DNA of 64,000 nucleotides, taken from the NCBI GenBank assembly GCA_963514005.1, contig OY740816.1:22630001-22694000 (forward strand). The letters are read 5' to 3'. The stretch comes from Raja brachyura. Its lineage: Eukaryota. Every line of letters begins with the position of its first letter. The first letter of the stretch is position 1. A program made the translations under genes and the position numbers. This document shows, one piece after another, positions 62,982 to 64,000 of the stretch. Below the pieces are notes generated by a model. It was not told the origin of the DNA. It did not search any database and saw nothing but the letters and a program-made list of their open reading frames with translations.

Positions 62982-63578
62982 AATTGGTGAGACCAAGCGG
63001 AGGCTAGGCGATCGTTTCGCCGAACACCTCCGCTCGGTCCGCAATAACCAACCCGACCTCCCGGTGGCTCAGCACTTCAACTCCCCCTCCCACTCCGTAT
63101 CCGACCTCTCGGTCCTGGGCCTCCTCCATGGCCAGAGTGAACAACACCGCAAGTTTGAGGAACAACATCTCATATTCCGCTTGGGGAGTCTGCATCCTCT
63201 GGGCTTAAACATTGAATTTTCTCAATTCTGTTAACCCAGACTGCTCCCTTCCCCCCCCCCCCCCCCCCACCTCTCCCTCAGCCCTCGGGCCCTGACATTC
63301 CTTCTCCATCTCCCCCCCCCCCCCCCCAAGTCGCACTAGCTTCTCATTTTCGCACCAGAAACAGCTTACAATGGCTTGCTTCCCTTATCACCAATACTTT
63401 TTTGCATATCTTTCACTCATTGTTCTTGCTTTATCTCTCCATATCACTGTTTATATCTCTCGTTTCCCTGATCCCTGACCAGTCTGAAGAAGGGTCTCGA
63501 CCCGAAACGTCGCCTATCTCCTTCGCTCCTTAGGTGCTGCTGCACCCGCTGAGTTTCTCCAGCTTTTTGTGTAACCCC
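62982..63578 (+). mobile_element. 5'-truncated Penelope element: GIY-YIG C-terminus, 3' UTR and hammerhead motif (63484-63511)
   Basis: IGETKRRLGDRFAEH...VAQHFNSPSH...EQHLIFRLGSLHPLGLN; 13-bp TSD CAAGTCAAATTCA (62969-62981, 63579-63591). Confidence 0.92.
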
Positions 63579-64000
63579 CAAGTCAAATTCATATTGCTTG
63601 CAACTTTGGTGTCATTGAACATAAAGTACAGCACAGGATCAGGACCTTCAGTCCGCAATGTCTATGCCGAATGTGATGTCTTATCTTTCTGCACGTAATC
63701 CATATCCCTCATTTCCTACATATCCCTGTGACTATCTAAACGTCTCCTAAATGACACCATCGTACCTGCCTTCACCATCAACCATGGCAGCATATTCCAG
63801 GCACCCACCATCTTGTGTGTAAAATAATTTGCCCAGCAAATTTCAAGAGTCAAGAGTCAAGAGAGTTTTATTGTCATGTGTCCCAGATAGGACAATGAAA
63901 TACTTGCTTGCTGCTGCACAACAGAGTATGTAAACATAATACAAAATGCAAGATAAAAGTTCAGTGTGTCTATAGACCATAGACCATATATAAACAATAA

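Overview
Eukaryotic, AT-rich, repeat-dense vertebrate DNA. The repeat families (CR1/HER1-like LINEs, HE1-like V-SINEs, Rex1/Babar, L1/Tx1, Penelope, DIRS) point to a cartilaginous fish, probably a skate or ray (inference). Two host genes are supported. The first is the last three coding exons of the kinetochore gene SPC24 (+; 429-533, 1076-1152, 2920-3026), with one clear U12-type GT-AG intron and a second predicted AT-AC intron. The second is an intact single-coding-exon sphingosine-1-phosphate receptor, most like S1PR5 (-; 30873-31997). The rest is mostly nested transposable elements: a full-length decayed DIRS element, a non-autonomous Helitron, a 9.1-kb hAT-type element, LINE fragments and SINEs. 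The most striking signal is two short retroposons with different stem sequences (16694-16862 +; 9239-10302 -). Both have TSDs and (AAG)n tails and begin, at their first base, with a 52-54 nt minimal HDV-like ribozyme fold whose stems covary while the catalytic core is conserved. The window also holds many Penelope-associated minimal hammerhead motifs (including a tandem pair and fold-back insertions) and a CR1-thrombospondin cDNA chimera nested three levels deep. Family assignments come from motif recognition only; no database search was run.
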